Shown here piece by piece: positions 17,466-33,357 of a stretch of DNA of 64,000 bases. Each line of letters opens with the position of its first letter. The first letter of the stretch is position 1. Under the pieces are notes generated by a model. That model was not told the origin of the DNA. It searched no databases and saw only the letters and a list, made by a program, of their open reading frames with translations. Where the stretch lies: NCBI RefSeq assembly GCF_009914755.1, contig NC_060926.1; one strand, given 5' to 3'. Position numbers and translations under genes: made by a program. This stretch comes from the human T2T-CHM13v2.0 reference genome, Homo sapiens.

Positions 17466-18053
17466 GGCTGAGCAGAGTGGCTCACACCTGTAATCTCAGC
17501 ACTTGGGGCCAAGGCGGGAGGATCACTTGAGCCCAGGAGTTGGAGACCAGCCTGGGTAACATGGTAAGACCCCGTCTCTACATTAAAGAAAAAAGCCGGG
17601 CATGGTGGCGCATGCCTGTAGTCTCAGCTACCCAGGAGGCTAAGGTGGGAGGACGGATTGAGCCCAGGACGTCAACGCTGCAGTGAGCCACGATCCCGCC
17701 ACAGCACTCCAGCCTGGGAGACAGAAAGAGACCTTGTCTCAAAAACAAAATAATGGCCGGTGCAGTGGCTCACGCCTATAATCCCAACACTTTGGGAAGT
17801 GGAGGCGGGGAAATCACTTGAGCCCAGGAGTTCAAGAACAGCCTGGGCAACATGGTGAAACCCAGTCTCTACCAAAAATACAAAACAAAACAAAACAGCG
17901 GGTGTGGTGGGTACACCTGTGGTCCCAACTACTCGGGAGACTGAGGTGGGAGGATCGCTTGAGCTGGGGAGGCGGAAGCTGCAGTGAGTCGAGATAGTGC
18001 CACTGCATCCAGCTGGGTGACAGAGTGAGACCCCACCTCAAAAAAAATAAAAT
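17466..18053 (+). mobile_element. Two tandem AluJ elements
   Basis: AluJ diagnostics (TTGAGCCCAGGAG). Confidence 0.9.
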
Positions 18054-18426
18054 AACACAAAAATTAAAGTCTTTAATTTCAGGAGTTACAGGAACCCTCA
18101 ATTAAGGTCTGTTTTAGACTCTTACCATCACATTCATATTTATACTATGCTAGCAGTTTGAAATTACAACGTACAAGTAGATATCTATCCTTCTCTGGAG
18201 GAATAGACTGTAACTTACTGCACTGTTCCCAAGAGAAACTAAATCAGACCCACTGCCAAAATTCTGCTGCACTACCCATTTGACCCTGAACAAGTATCTT
18301 AAATCTCTACAGGTCTCAATATCCACAGGGTTGCTGGAAGCGCAAAATAAGATAACCTATGCTTAGTTATGATAAGAGACACAATTATGCTACTATTATA
18401 ATCATGGTCATCCGTGAGTTTCTGGT

Positions 18427-18724
18427 TTTTTTTTTTTTTTTCTGGAGTCTCCCTCTGTCGCCCAGGCTGGAGTGCAGTAGCGCGATCTCGGCTCACTAGA
18501 ACCTCCGCCTCCCGGGTTCAAGCGACTCTCCTGCCTCAGGCTCCCAGGTAGCTGGGACTACAGGCGTGCGCCACCACGTCCGGCTAACTTTATTTGTATT
18601 TTTAGTAGAGACAAGGTTTCAACATGTTAGCCAGGCTGGTCTCGAACTCCTGACCTCAGGCAATCCGCCCTCCTCGGCCTCCCAAAGTGGTGGGATTACA
18701 GGCGTGAGCCACTGCGCCCGGCCA
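18427..18724 (-). mobile_element. AluS
   Basis: Full antisense Alu. Confidence 0.95.
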
Positions 18725-19667
18725 ATATCCTTTTAACATCAACAATAAAAAGTGACTTGTAGCTAACATTTAGTGCTATGTGTCAAGCAATAACCTAAAT
18801 GTTTAAAATGGATCATCCTATCAAATTCTATCAATGTTACAACTCCATCTATGGATGAAAAGTGTAAGTGGCCCCAAATACCCAGCTTATAAACGACAGT
18901 GCTGTGATTATTCAAGCCAAAGCAAACTGACTCAAGATTCTGCGCACATCCACCTTTAATAGCTTCTTCCGTCACTCTTTAGATCCAATGACTAAAGTCT
19001 TATTGAATCCAAAATAGATCACATTATTTACCTGTAAAGAGGAAAAATACCCTAAAAACACTTGTGGAAAAGGTTAAAAATTGTAAGCCATACTAACGAT
19101 TTGTAAGAACTTTAGAATTTTTTTTTTTTAAGCAAAGGCAGCTACCAAAGTGTTCCGGGCGGGGAGGGGGGCGAGGGAGGTGAGTATGAGGAGTGGAGTG
19201 GAGCTGGACCCTTACAAAGGGACAGCGACAAACACCTCATACTCAAAACAAGGGGACTTTCCGTGTCATTTGTGCCATCGGGCCATTGCAAATGTCCACG
19301 CTGAGATGCCTACCTTGTCACTCGACGCAGCCGCCAAAGCTCACCCGGAGCTGCGTCAGTCCCCACTGGGTTCCTCCAGGCCAAGGAGGTACGACCTCCG
19401 CCGCGGCATATAAAGTAAATGTCCAGGACATGGGAAGAAACCCGCCGATACAGCACCCGGGTGCCCAAGCCCCCGAGAACTAGGCCGCGCGGGTACTACG
19501 GGGCCAGAAAGCCCGGGCCAGGGCGAGCCCACGAGCGAGCACCGTCGGGAACAAACCGGGAGAAAGAGGAAGAGCCGGCGCCAAAGGTCTCCCGCCCGCC
19601 GCGGTCCCCCCAGGACTCTTCCTGCGCTTGCAAGCGCCACGCCGCCCACAGGACTGCGCTAGCCGGC

Positions 19668-19967
19668 CTCCGCCTCAACAGAGCGCGCCAGGGAGCAGCG
19701 CCCTCGGGAGCCATGACCCCTGACCCATCGAGGCCGCCGCCGGGCCGGGTCGAGGCCGCCGCCTCAACAGAGCGCGCCAGGGAGCAGCGCCCGTCGGGAG
19801 CCATGACCCCTGACCCATCGAGGCCGCCGCCGGGCCGGGTGGAGGCCGCCGCCTCAACAGAGCGCGCCAGGGAGCAGCGCCCGTCGGGAGCCATGACCCC
19901 TGACCCATCGAGGCCGCCGCCGGGCCGGGTCGAGGCCGCCGCCGCCCGGCCGGGTCGAGGCCGCCGC
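19668..19967. repeat. GC-rich minisatellite, ~90-bp unit, 3 copies plus a partial copy, at the start of intron 1
   Basis: GCCTCAACAGAGCGCGCCAGGGAGCAGCG... recurs at 19672, 19761 and 19851; TGACCCCTGACCC at 19714, 19804 and 19894. Confidence 0.95.
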
Positions 19968-19987
19968 TCTCTTCCAGACCCACTCAC

Positions 19988-20059
19988 CTGTCGAGGCGAC
20001 GGGGTGAGACCCAGCACCGAGGCGACGTACCGCTCCACATCGGCCTTGCTGCGCCTCAT
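19988..20059 (-). CDS. RGPD8: RANBP2-like/GRIP-domain gene (RGPD5/6/8 group, probably RGPD8), coding exon 1
   Basis: ATG at 20059; 72 nt encode MRRSKADVERYVASVLGLTPSPRQ (RANBP2-type N-terminus with the RGPD5/6/8-type VLGLT); donor CAG|GTGAGT. The paralog assignment is inferred from the upstream vinculin-family exon. Confidence 0.9.
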
Positions 20060-20325
20060 CGCGCCGCCAACCTGGCTCCCGAGACGCGTGCGAGCACCGC
20101 TCAGCCCCGCAGCAGTCGCCACTTCCAAGAGGAAAGTGCCTGCAAGCCACTGAAGCAGCGGCGTAGCCGGCGGAGGCCCACTGTGACGAGCGTGCGGCGC
20201 CGCCCACGGAGGCCCACTGTGACGAACCTGCGTTCTGCCTCAGCACTGTGTATCCTCGGCGACGTCGGCGCTCCAGCTGCACTCGGCCGGGCTGGTGGCG
20301 CCGCCCTGTGGTCTGAGGGTGTCTT

Positions 20326-20610
20326 GACATGATCTTATCTATAGAAAACCTTAATGAAAGCTCAAAAAAAAAAAAAAAAAAGACAAACCATCAGTGATAA
20401 TAAATGAGTTCAAAGAGATTGTACCATACGAGGTCAACTAAAAAAAATGAGATGTCTACTTATACACCAGCAAGGAACAATTCAAGTAAAATTAAGTAAA
20501 CAATTCCATTTATAATATTATCAAAAATAATAAAATAATTATGAATAAATTTAACCCAAAAGTGTAAGACTTGTAGACTGGAAACTACAGAACACTGTTG
20601 AAAGAAAAGC
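20326..20610 (+). mobile_element. Old L1 ORF2 fragment abutting the promoter
   Basis: GACATGATCTTATCTATAGAAAACC...AATAAATTTAACC...GAAACTACAGAACACTGTTGAAAG, typical L1 ORF2 sequence. Confidence 0.8.
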
Positions 20611-22626
20611 AAGTGATTCATCCCCCGGTGCCAAACAGCAGACGCAGGTGTTACCAGTCTGGTGGGGCGCCCGAGCTGGGGACCTGGGGTCCTCTGGGAG
20701 GGGCAAGAAGGCAGCGATGCTGGCCCCCGCCTCCATCTGCCCATCCCATCTGCATCCACACACCGCCCTGCGGTAGCTGCTTGCAGCCCTTCTCTGTCAG
20801 TTTCTCCATTATCTTCTGGTTTGGTGATAAATGAGAGTTCCCATCGGGGGTGCCACCCTCTGTGTGACGGGGAGCAGAGAAGACCCTGCATCTGAGTCCT
20901 TCTGGGGGAAGAGCGAAAATGCTGGGACCAGCCCCAGCTGTCAGGGGGTCTCCAATCCCAGCAGGGAGGCCCCACGCATGGCTAGGATGCCCCAGACCCC
21001 AGGGACTGCACGAAGTGGAAAGGAGGGCCCCCGGTCCTAACTAAGGGTTCAGACCCCCGCAACACACATCCAGGCACACCCCCACCCCCTAGGCCTGGTT
21101 CTAGGTCTGCCAGCTCCGAGAAGGCCCCTAACAATGGTGCAGTCGCAGGGGCTGTGTCCCAGGCCGGGCTCACGCCCAGTCCCGCTGCCCCGGGGGTAGA
21201 TGGGGCCCCTGGCCCGCGCGCTGTGGAGCCCTGGAGTGTCTGTGCGCCCCTTCCTTGGAGGGCAGCCGCTGAGGGGCTGCTGCGGGACTGGGGAGCCTCC
21301 TGGCAGCAAGCGCTCCCAATGCGTAGCGGGACGCTGTGATGGGGACAAGATCCTGGCTTTGAAGAAAGCCCTTTCCACCCTGTCCATGTGGGGGTCTCCC
21401 GGTGCCCCTGAGCCAGCGGCCCCCTCCTGCAGGCTCCGGAGGACTCCCCTGCCTGCATCTGGTCTCGCATTTCCTCCGTGACCTCCAAGCTCCCACTGGG
21501 GGCACACGGCTGCCCTGCTGACCCCAACTCTGGCCCTGTGCCGGTGGTGGGCAGCATCTGGCACGGGGGAGGCGCCGTTTCTTCCACACTCGCGCGTCCT
21601 CAGCCCAGATCATCCGGTGAAGTTTCCCCAGCAAGTGGCTCCCCCTGCCCCCTCCACCCTGCCAAGTGTGGTCCCTGGGCCCCCGCCTTCCCTTCTCGGC
21701 CTCTGCCCCTGGGTCTGGGGCCTGCATCCAGCCATCCACGCTCAGGGAGGCCACCTCCTCCCTCGCTCTCGACCACCACAAAGCTGCCCGGGACCTTGTT
21801 CTATCCTTTCCAAAAGTCCTCAGGACCTGCCTGTCTACGGAGCTCCCAAAACGCCCTGTGAGCTCTCCCGGGCCCCTCCTCTCCTTGCTAATAATGTCCC
21901 ACACGGTGCTGCCTGCCTGGCCCCAAAAGAAAAGGACCCTGGAGTGAGTTCTGAACACAAACTCGATGAAAGTGGCCCCCTGCTCCACCTGCCGAGTCGG
22001 CCCCTCCTCAGACTCTCCCCTTGGGCAGGGAAACCTGCCGGGGCCTGACTGTTTCTTCCTGAAACAGCCTCAGGCTGGAAGGAGAGGGATCCACCCTTGG
22101 CCATTGAAGCATTCAGCAGGAATCAGCCCTCGGGGACCAAGACCCTGTGACCAGCCCCGCCCCACAGGCGCCGGTCCTGGGCAGCCTCCCTTGCTCAGGC
22201 CACGCTGCTCCCAAGAAGCCAGGATGAGCAGCTCGCAATAGGCCCCCCAACACGCAGAGTGCCACGCGGAGGACGGGGGCACCCCAGAAAACTGCAGACA
22301 CTGCATGTCCTCTGGGAGCCCCGGCCCTGGGAGACGATGTGCAGTGGCTCCAGCTCTGACCTCATGAGCCCAAGCTCCGCTACACACTGGGTCCTGACCT
22401 GACCTGGGTCCCTGGGGCTCTCCGGCCAGGCCTCTCCCGGTGCCTCCCGCCCCTGAGGCCGCCACCCAGCATCCAGGCCCCTGTGTAGTCATCCCCTCTT
22501 CAGGAATCTGGGTCATGGCTGCAGGATAGGGGCTACCCAGAGCAGGATGTGGAGGGAGGGGCCGCAAAAGCTGGAGAGAATCTACAAGGCACTATTTAGC
22601 CACCTGCCCTTGATTCTAATTCTCAG

Positions 22627-23068
22627 TGACGAGATTCTTTGCTTGGCCAAACTCTATCAGGCCCTTGAACCTTCTAGGCCACCTGCACACTTCCTTGCAA
22701 AATCCGGTTTTAGCAAGAACACTGCTAAGTGACTTCAGCCAGAACTGCCCCGCCCCGTATCTGATCATCCTCGTCAGGGCAGCCTGCTCGTCCTCGGGCA
22801 CCCAGGTGATGACGAATGACCCTGCCTCCCTTCAGCCAGAACCCCCCACCCCTGCTGTTTGTTCTTAGTGATGTTCCATCCGAGGACCCCACTCTGCTCC
22901 TGGGCTATCAAATCCCACTTGCTGGAGCCATATTCAGAGTGGAGCCTAAATCTCTCTCCACCACTGCAAAATCCCACTGCCCTGGTCCCAGCACCCACCG
23001 CACTGGTCCTGAGTAGTCCGCTTCCAGTCTTTAGCAAACATCATTGAATAAATCTCCTTTCATGTCAG
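22627..23068 (+). mobile_element. MER31-type ERV1 solo LTR
   Basis: Starts TGACGAGATTCTTTGCTTGGCCAAACT...GTTTTAGCAAGAAC; AATAAA near the end. Confidence 0.7.
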
Positions 23069-24929
23069 GCACACCCTTAAATGCAGACACGTGTGTCCTG
23101 GGAGGATTACCAACACTCCCCCGGCCCTGCACATCAGCTGTGGAAGGTGAGATTGGGAAGTGCTGGCCTCCTCGCCAAGGCTTCAGCCTCCATTTCTGCT
23201 TTTCAGGTCATGTTCGAACACTGGGGGTCCCAGGAGACCCACCCAGACCAGGCCCCTCTCAGGGTGGGAAGAGCGTGGAGCAAGAGGAGGAGGCTCGGCC
23301 CAGAACGTTGGCCACAGGCTGACCCGTGCAGGGGGCAAGGGCTTAAGACGGCCCCATCTTCCACTCCAAGTGTGGTCTCAATCTTGTTGGCCAGTTTATG
23401 AAAGTCAAGCCTATTGACTCAGTCAGGGTCTTGGCAGGAAGGAGGCCAGGGCGCAGACAGAGATAGGGATCGCTCCAGGGGTGTGTGGCCCCGGGCTGTG
23501 GGGTAGTCCTGGAGCACCTCCACCCCAGCCTGCAGAACACCCAGGCGGAGCAGGAGCAGAGCTGGGCTGTGTAGGGGTTAGGGGACACGGCCAGCCCGCA
23601 ACCCCAGCTCCCCTCCATCTGCCTCCAGTTTCCAGCCAGGGCCCCCTCTGCCAAACCTGGCCCAAGGCAGGGGCCAGGGCTCTGTCTACTGGGGCCACAG
23701 GGAGGGTGGGGAGGGGGCCGGAGCTTCCAGGGCAAGGGAAGGGGCCACCCCCACCCCGTCACGCGCATAGAGGAGGAGGAGGAGCCCACACTGCCCCAGT
23801 GTCCACCCCACGCCTACACCAGCCCCACATGAGCTCGGGGGTCTCTGGGGGTCAGTGTCTGTAGCTACAGATGTGAGCATGCATGCGGGTGTGCAGGACC
23901 TTTGACCGCAGCCTCCCATGCACCCCTGGAAAGGTGCCTTGCCTCTCTCCCTCACTCGCCATGTGCAGGGCAGTGGGCGAGTCCCAGCCAGCATGGGCAC
24001 CCCGCATTTCTCTGCTTCTGCAGCCCCGACTGACCAAGGCCCCCCAAGTGGGCTCCAGCCCTCCAGGCACCTCCCCGTGCCGTGGTGCCCGCCACAGGGC
24101 CTGGTCTCAGGGCTCCTCCAGGACTGGCCAAGTCCCCAGGCTCCTCCCCCGCCCACGGGGGGCGAGGTGCACAGCACTGACGGGCCCCTGGGCCACTCAT
24201 CTGAACTCTTGAGTCCTCCTAGAGCGGTGATCCCAGCCGGGCAGTTAGCTTGAGCAAGCCGAGTACTTACAGAACGTCACCAAACACAAGGTCCCAGCCC
24301 ACATTCCATGACCTCAGCACTGCTGACGACGTCCTCCTGAGTCCATGAACTTCTTGACGGTTCTCATGGCCTCCTCTGGGAAGTCAGGCAGGGTTCTATG
24401 CAGGAGCCGACCCTCACAGGGCTACCACAGGCCTGTGCGGACCCCAAGAGCCAGGAAGCCGCCTGCCGATGGTCCCTCTTAGGGACTGGATCGCGGGCAG
24501 CTCAGACGGCACAGAGTGCTTTCCTCCTTTGGAAATTAAAGACAGCACATGCTCATTTATCTCACACTCTTTTGTAAGAATTACAAATTAACTCGTATTA
24601 ATACTAAGAGTATTAATTATCGCTAATTAGAAATAAGCTGAGAAAGATAAAGTACTATACAAATGTTGGCCGCTGAATGGCTACAGGGACACATGAAGTC
24701 AAAACAGTATCAGGTCTTTCTATGTCTGCGGCAGAATGCCAAAGCCCTGACACACACCCTTTTAGCAGCTTTAAGTCACTTCTGCAAGTGAGTACTAGGA
24801 GATCGTCCCTTACTCCTGATCTCTGCTCTCAGGGGGCCACTTCAGCATAAGCCTTCCACCCTCCACAGATAACCTCAGGTTCTCCTCAAGCCTCTAGATC
24901 TTATTTGACATTTTATTACAGGTAGCAAC

Positions 24930-25197
24930 TTCTCGTGGCCTGTTCTTCCTCTTCAAAGCACATTACTCTGACCTCTGTTTCCATCCTCACATTCCTTTCT
25001 CCTCTTTCTGATCCTCCTACATCCCTCTTATAAGGACGATTGTGACTCCCTCGGGCCCCCAGATCATCCAGGATCATCTCCCATCTAAAGGTTCTTAACC
25101 ATATTTGCAAAGTCCGTTTGCCATGTAAGTAACATATTCACAGGTTTTGGGGATTAGGATCTGGACATATTTGGGGGCCATTATTCAGCCCACCACA
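24930..25197 (-). mobile_element. MLT1 (MaLR) LTR fragment
   Basis: ...GGGATTAGGATCTGGACATATTTGGGGGCCATTATTCAGCCCACCACA terminus. Confidence 0.8.
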
Positions 25198-25199
25198 TG

Positions 25200-26420
25200 T
25201 CCTTCTTACACGCCTCCATCCTTTCTTTTCCTTCTGGTGCTACAAGATGTTCCAGCCTTATTTTGTGTATTCCTGGCTCCAGACCTAGAATTTCTCAGGC
25301 GTTTCTCCAGAAATACTGGGGTGTCACTGCTTCTAGGGCTTCTCAGAAGACAGAGCGAAAAAATATAGCTAAACACAGATTAGTGTATTATACATGTGTA
25401 TACATAGACACGCACACATTCATACTGATACCTCCCACTCTACTCCACAGGGCTTATTCTAACTTCCCCCCTTGCTTATTTGTAACTTTTTTCTCTGAGA
25501 GTGAGACTCCGACTTTCATTATCTACAACATATTTATGTATTTATTATACTTGTAGTTTCAAAATTACTGAGAAACAAATTTACTACCTAGAATACTGTG
25601 TTAATATACAATTTTCTTTAGTTTTACAGTATCCAGTCAAAAGGCTGTCTTCCAAAGTTGCTTAGGTCAGCTCCTTCTCCATGCAACTCTTTCAGTGAGG
25701 CTGTATCATGCGTTTGTAATATTGTTAGATTCATTTGTTATAGCCTGCTTTCTCCACAGGACTTCCTAACAGCCTATTTCTTTTCTTTTTTTTTTTTTTT
25801 TGAGATGGAGTCTTGCTCTGTCACCAGGCTGGAGTGCAATGGCACTATCTTGGCTCACTTGCAGCCTCCGCCTCCTGGGTTCAAGCGATTCTCCTGCCTC
25901 AGCCTCCGGAGTAGCTGGGACTACAGGCGCCCGCCACCACGCCCAGCTAATTTTTGTATTTTTAGTAGAGATGGGGTTTCACCATGCTGGCCAGGCTGGT
26001 CTTGAACTCCCGACCTCAGGCGATCCACCTGCCTCCGCCTCCCAAAATGCTGAGTTTACAGGCATGAGCCACCCGTCCGGCCAGCCTGGTTCATTTTTCA
26101 AATTTGCGTGCACTAAAGTCCACTCTTTGTGGTGTACAGATCCATGTGTAGTTGTGTGTTTCTGGGCTTTTTATTCTGTTCCAGTGGTCAATCTGTCTCT
26201 TCATATGACAGTATCACACACTTTCCTAAAAGAGGATCTAGAAGTGTTTTTAATACCTGACAAGCTATTCTCTCGCTCTCCATAGCTTTTTATTCCAGGG
26301 TTCTCCTAGTTGTTCTTATGTTTAATTTTTTTCATATGGACTTTGGTATCAACTTTTCAAACTCCATTTAAAAAAGAAAGCTTGTGGAATTTTTATAGGA
26401 TTGCACTAAATTGATGGTGT
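25200..26420 (-). mobile_element. Old antisense L1 fragments interrupted by an Alu (25778-26082, minus strand)
   Basis: Degenerate L1M-like sequence and a full antisense Alu. Confidence 0.7.
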
Positions 26421-27002
26421 TGCTAAGATTCAAACATAGGCAGTTTGCTCCAACACCTACATGAAGTTTTGGGCGAAAAAGAAAAAAGTAACATTTTTGT
26501 AGTGGTATTCAGTTTTTATTAATAGAGTTCGGTTTTGTTGTTATAACTAGGCTACTTTGTATTAACCCTGGAATTGAAACTTATTATGAAAATAATTTGC
26601 ATGTAGGTTTACTAATAAAGAATCAGGCTCAAATGCACTAAAAGACAGACATGAAAATTGTGTTTAGACTACTCTGAAAATTCTTATCCCTATAATAGAA
26701 AATAATTCATCTGTGAAATGAAATAATAATCTAGAAACCCTCTGATGGCACGTAGAACTTGTTCTCAGTGGAAAACTCAGTCAACTAATTCTCAAATGTT
26801 TGCATACTTAAATTATACCCCAAGTAATAAATAACAACTTATTAAATAAATTTGCTTTGTGTCTTTGTGTCTTATTAATTTTTTTCTCATCTGACTTCTT
26901 TCCAAAAGCACTTAAAAAGATTATAATAAGTCTCTAGTTACACTTTCCTTCTTCTGCAAATTTGTCAGAGTGAAAATTTATTGTGTTCTTTGAAAGAATT
27001 AC

Positions 27003-27218
27003 CTTTTGACCGCTTGCACGAAGTCTTCACAAGCTTTCGCCAATTCCTCAGCCATCTTCTCCAACGAGGCAAATACTTCATTCTCCACTTCTTTCCTCTC
27101 CATTGAGATGAGCAGATGGCAAAGCTGAACGATCATTGGTGAGATGATTCTCTCAATGCCTTTGTTCTGTATCACAGAGCTGATGTCATCCAAGAGGAAA
27201 GACTCCATCTCTCTTAGT
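27003..27218 (-). pseudogene. VINAC1P: Isolated first coding exon of a vinculin/alpha-catenin family gene (probably VINAC1P)
   Basis: Acceptor ttctgttcacag|, ATG at 27208 in GAGATGG context, donor AAG|gtaatt. The peptide MESFLLDDISSVIQNKGIERIISPMIVQLCHLLISMERKEVENEVFASLEKMAEELAKACEDFVQAVK aligns by eye to the vinculin N-terminus ([30 protein letters not shown]...). The gene name comes from recalled synteny and is not verified. Confidence 0.75.
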
Positions 27219-27514
27219 CTGTGAACAGAAGTTACAACACAGTTTAACTCACACTGACTGACATGTAAACCTACTTCTCTTTGACTTGATGTTCATCTAA
27301 TTTTACTTCTATCATGAGAAAGAAATCTGCAAAATATCAAAGGGATAAGTTGGGGGAGATATTTTTAGGACCTCACAAGTATGGGATAGGTTGTGGCTTA
27401 GCAGAAACATTAAAAAATGGGACAAAGGCACAATGAGATAGATTCAGAGGTTCAAACAATGGCGAATGGACTCACAAACTATATGAAATAGAGGCAGTTT
27501 AAGAAATGGTTAAT

Positions 27515-31910
<4,396 letters not shown>

Positions 31911-33109
31911 AAGGATTTTGAAGCAGATGTCATGAACATACTTCAACAAGTAATTGAACACACTTAAATTTTGAAAATTACAATTCAAGAAAAAAAAGAC
32001 ATAGAAGGAAAAAATTTGAAATTTTAGAACTGAAAATATAATTAAAATAAATTCATTGAATGGGCTCAATAGCAGAATGGAGATGACAGAGGAAAGTCAA
32101 TTAATTTGAAGATAGATTATTACAAGTTTCTCAAACTGAACGACAAAAAGAAAATAGCTGGAAAAGAAATGAACAGAGATCCAGGAACTTGTGGGACAAT
32201 AAGAAAATAGCTAACATTTTCAAGGGCTAAAATAAAAGAACTGTTCATCCTAATTCTATACCCAGCGAACTATACTGCAGGAATGAAGGGGAAATAAAAA
32301 CATTTCTTGTCAAAATATAAACAAAAGTTACCCAGAAGAAACACAAAGCCTGAATGAATTATTAGCTATAGAGAGAGTGAAATAATAAAGGCCTATATTT
32401 TAAAAGGTCATAGATCCAGAAGATTTTAATCCCTGAATTCTTTCTGGCCTTTAAAGAAGGAACAATTCTTACAATGTCTAAACAATTTCAGTACTTGGAA
32501 AAAGTGCAAAGCTTCATTGTTTATCTTATAAGGCTAACATTGCTTTAATTTTTAAAACTAGTAAGAAATATCAAAAAATTAGAGTATATACCATTTTTAT
32601 AAAGGGATACAGACACAAAAATTATAATCAAATTATTAGAATATGAAATCCAATGATATGGAAAAAGAATAGTACTCCTTAACTAATCAGGGTTTGAGGA
32701 ATGAGAGGGTGCTTCAACATTACAAACTCAACTGACCAGGATTCCTTGGACAAATGGCTGATTCAAGGACTGCAGCAGGAATAGAGAAGGTAAGCACAGA
32801 ATCTCTTGAAATGACAGGAAATAAAGAAGTGCTCCCAAACAAAACCAAACGCACTTTGATGGAGGTTTGTCAAAGGCACACAGGAGCAAGTGAAAGAACT
32901 TCCAGTGGCCAAAGGAGGCATGATTGGAGCAACACCATAAAGTAACACTGGATTCTAACCCAAAGTATGAAATAAGTATCTATGAACAATGATTGAGAAA
33001 ATAAATAAATAGGGGAGACAAACCTCCCATGCAGAGGAATTCTAAATGATTGATGTCGATATTTCACCCTCAAACAGTGGAGAGCATAACTCTCCCATCC
33101 TTAAGTGTG

Positions 33110-33318
33110 GGCTGGAAAGGGATCGGGATCCCGATCCACACCCTAAGAGAGGATTCTTGAATCTTGCACAAGAAAGAATTCAGGATGAATCTGCAGTGCA
33201 AAGCAAAAGCAAGTTTATTAAAGAAAGTAAAGTAGTGAAAGCACAGCTACTCCACAGACAGAGCAGGGCGTTCCTGAAAGCAAAAGGAGGAACGCTTCCA
33301 CCGTAGATACAATGTTGG

Positions 33319-33357
<39 letters not shown>

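Larger units (their letters stand above)
19300..20310. promoter_or_regulatory. CpG island and promoter of the RGPD gene
   Basis: Very high GC and CpG density around exon 1; duplicated 19-mer CGGAGGCCCACTGTGACGA at 20171 and 20207 containing TGACG; ETS-like ACTTCC at 20121. Confidence 0.85.

Noticed and set aside
19419-20153. 244-aa plus-strand ORF antisense to exon 1
   Set aside because: Its length is explained by the GC-rich 90-bp VNTR; there is no independent coding evidence.
20460-24253. Many long overlapping ORFs (up to 272 aa) in the GC-rich block
   Set aside because: Open in several frames on both strands, Pro/Gly/Ala/Arg-rich and with no recognisable domain; this is expected from stop-codon scarcity at high GC.
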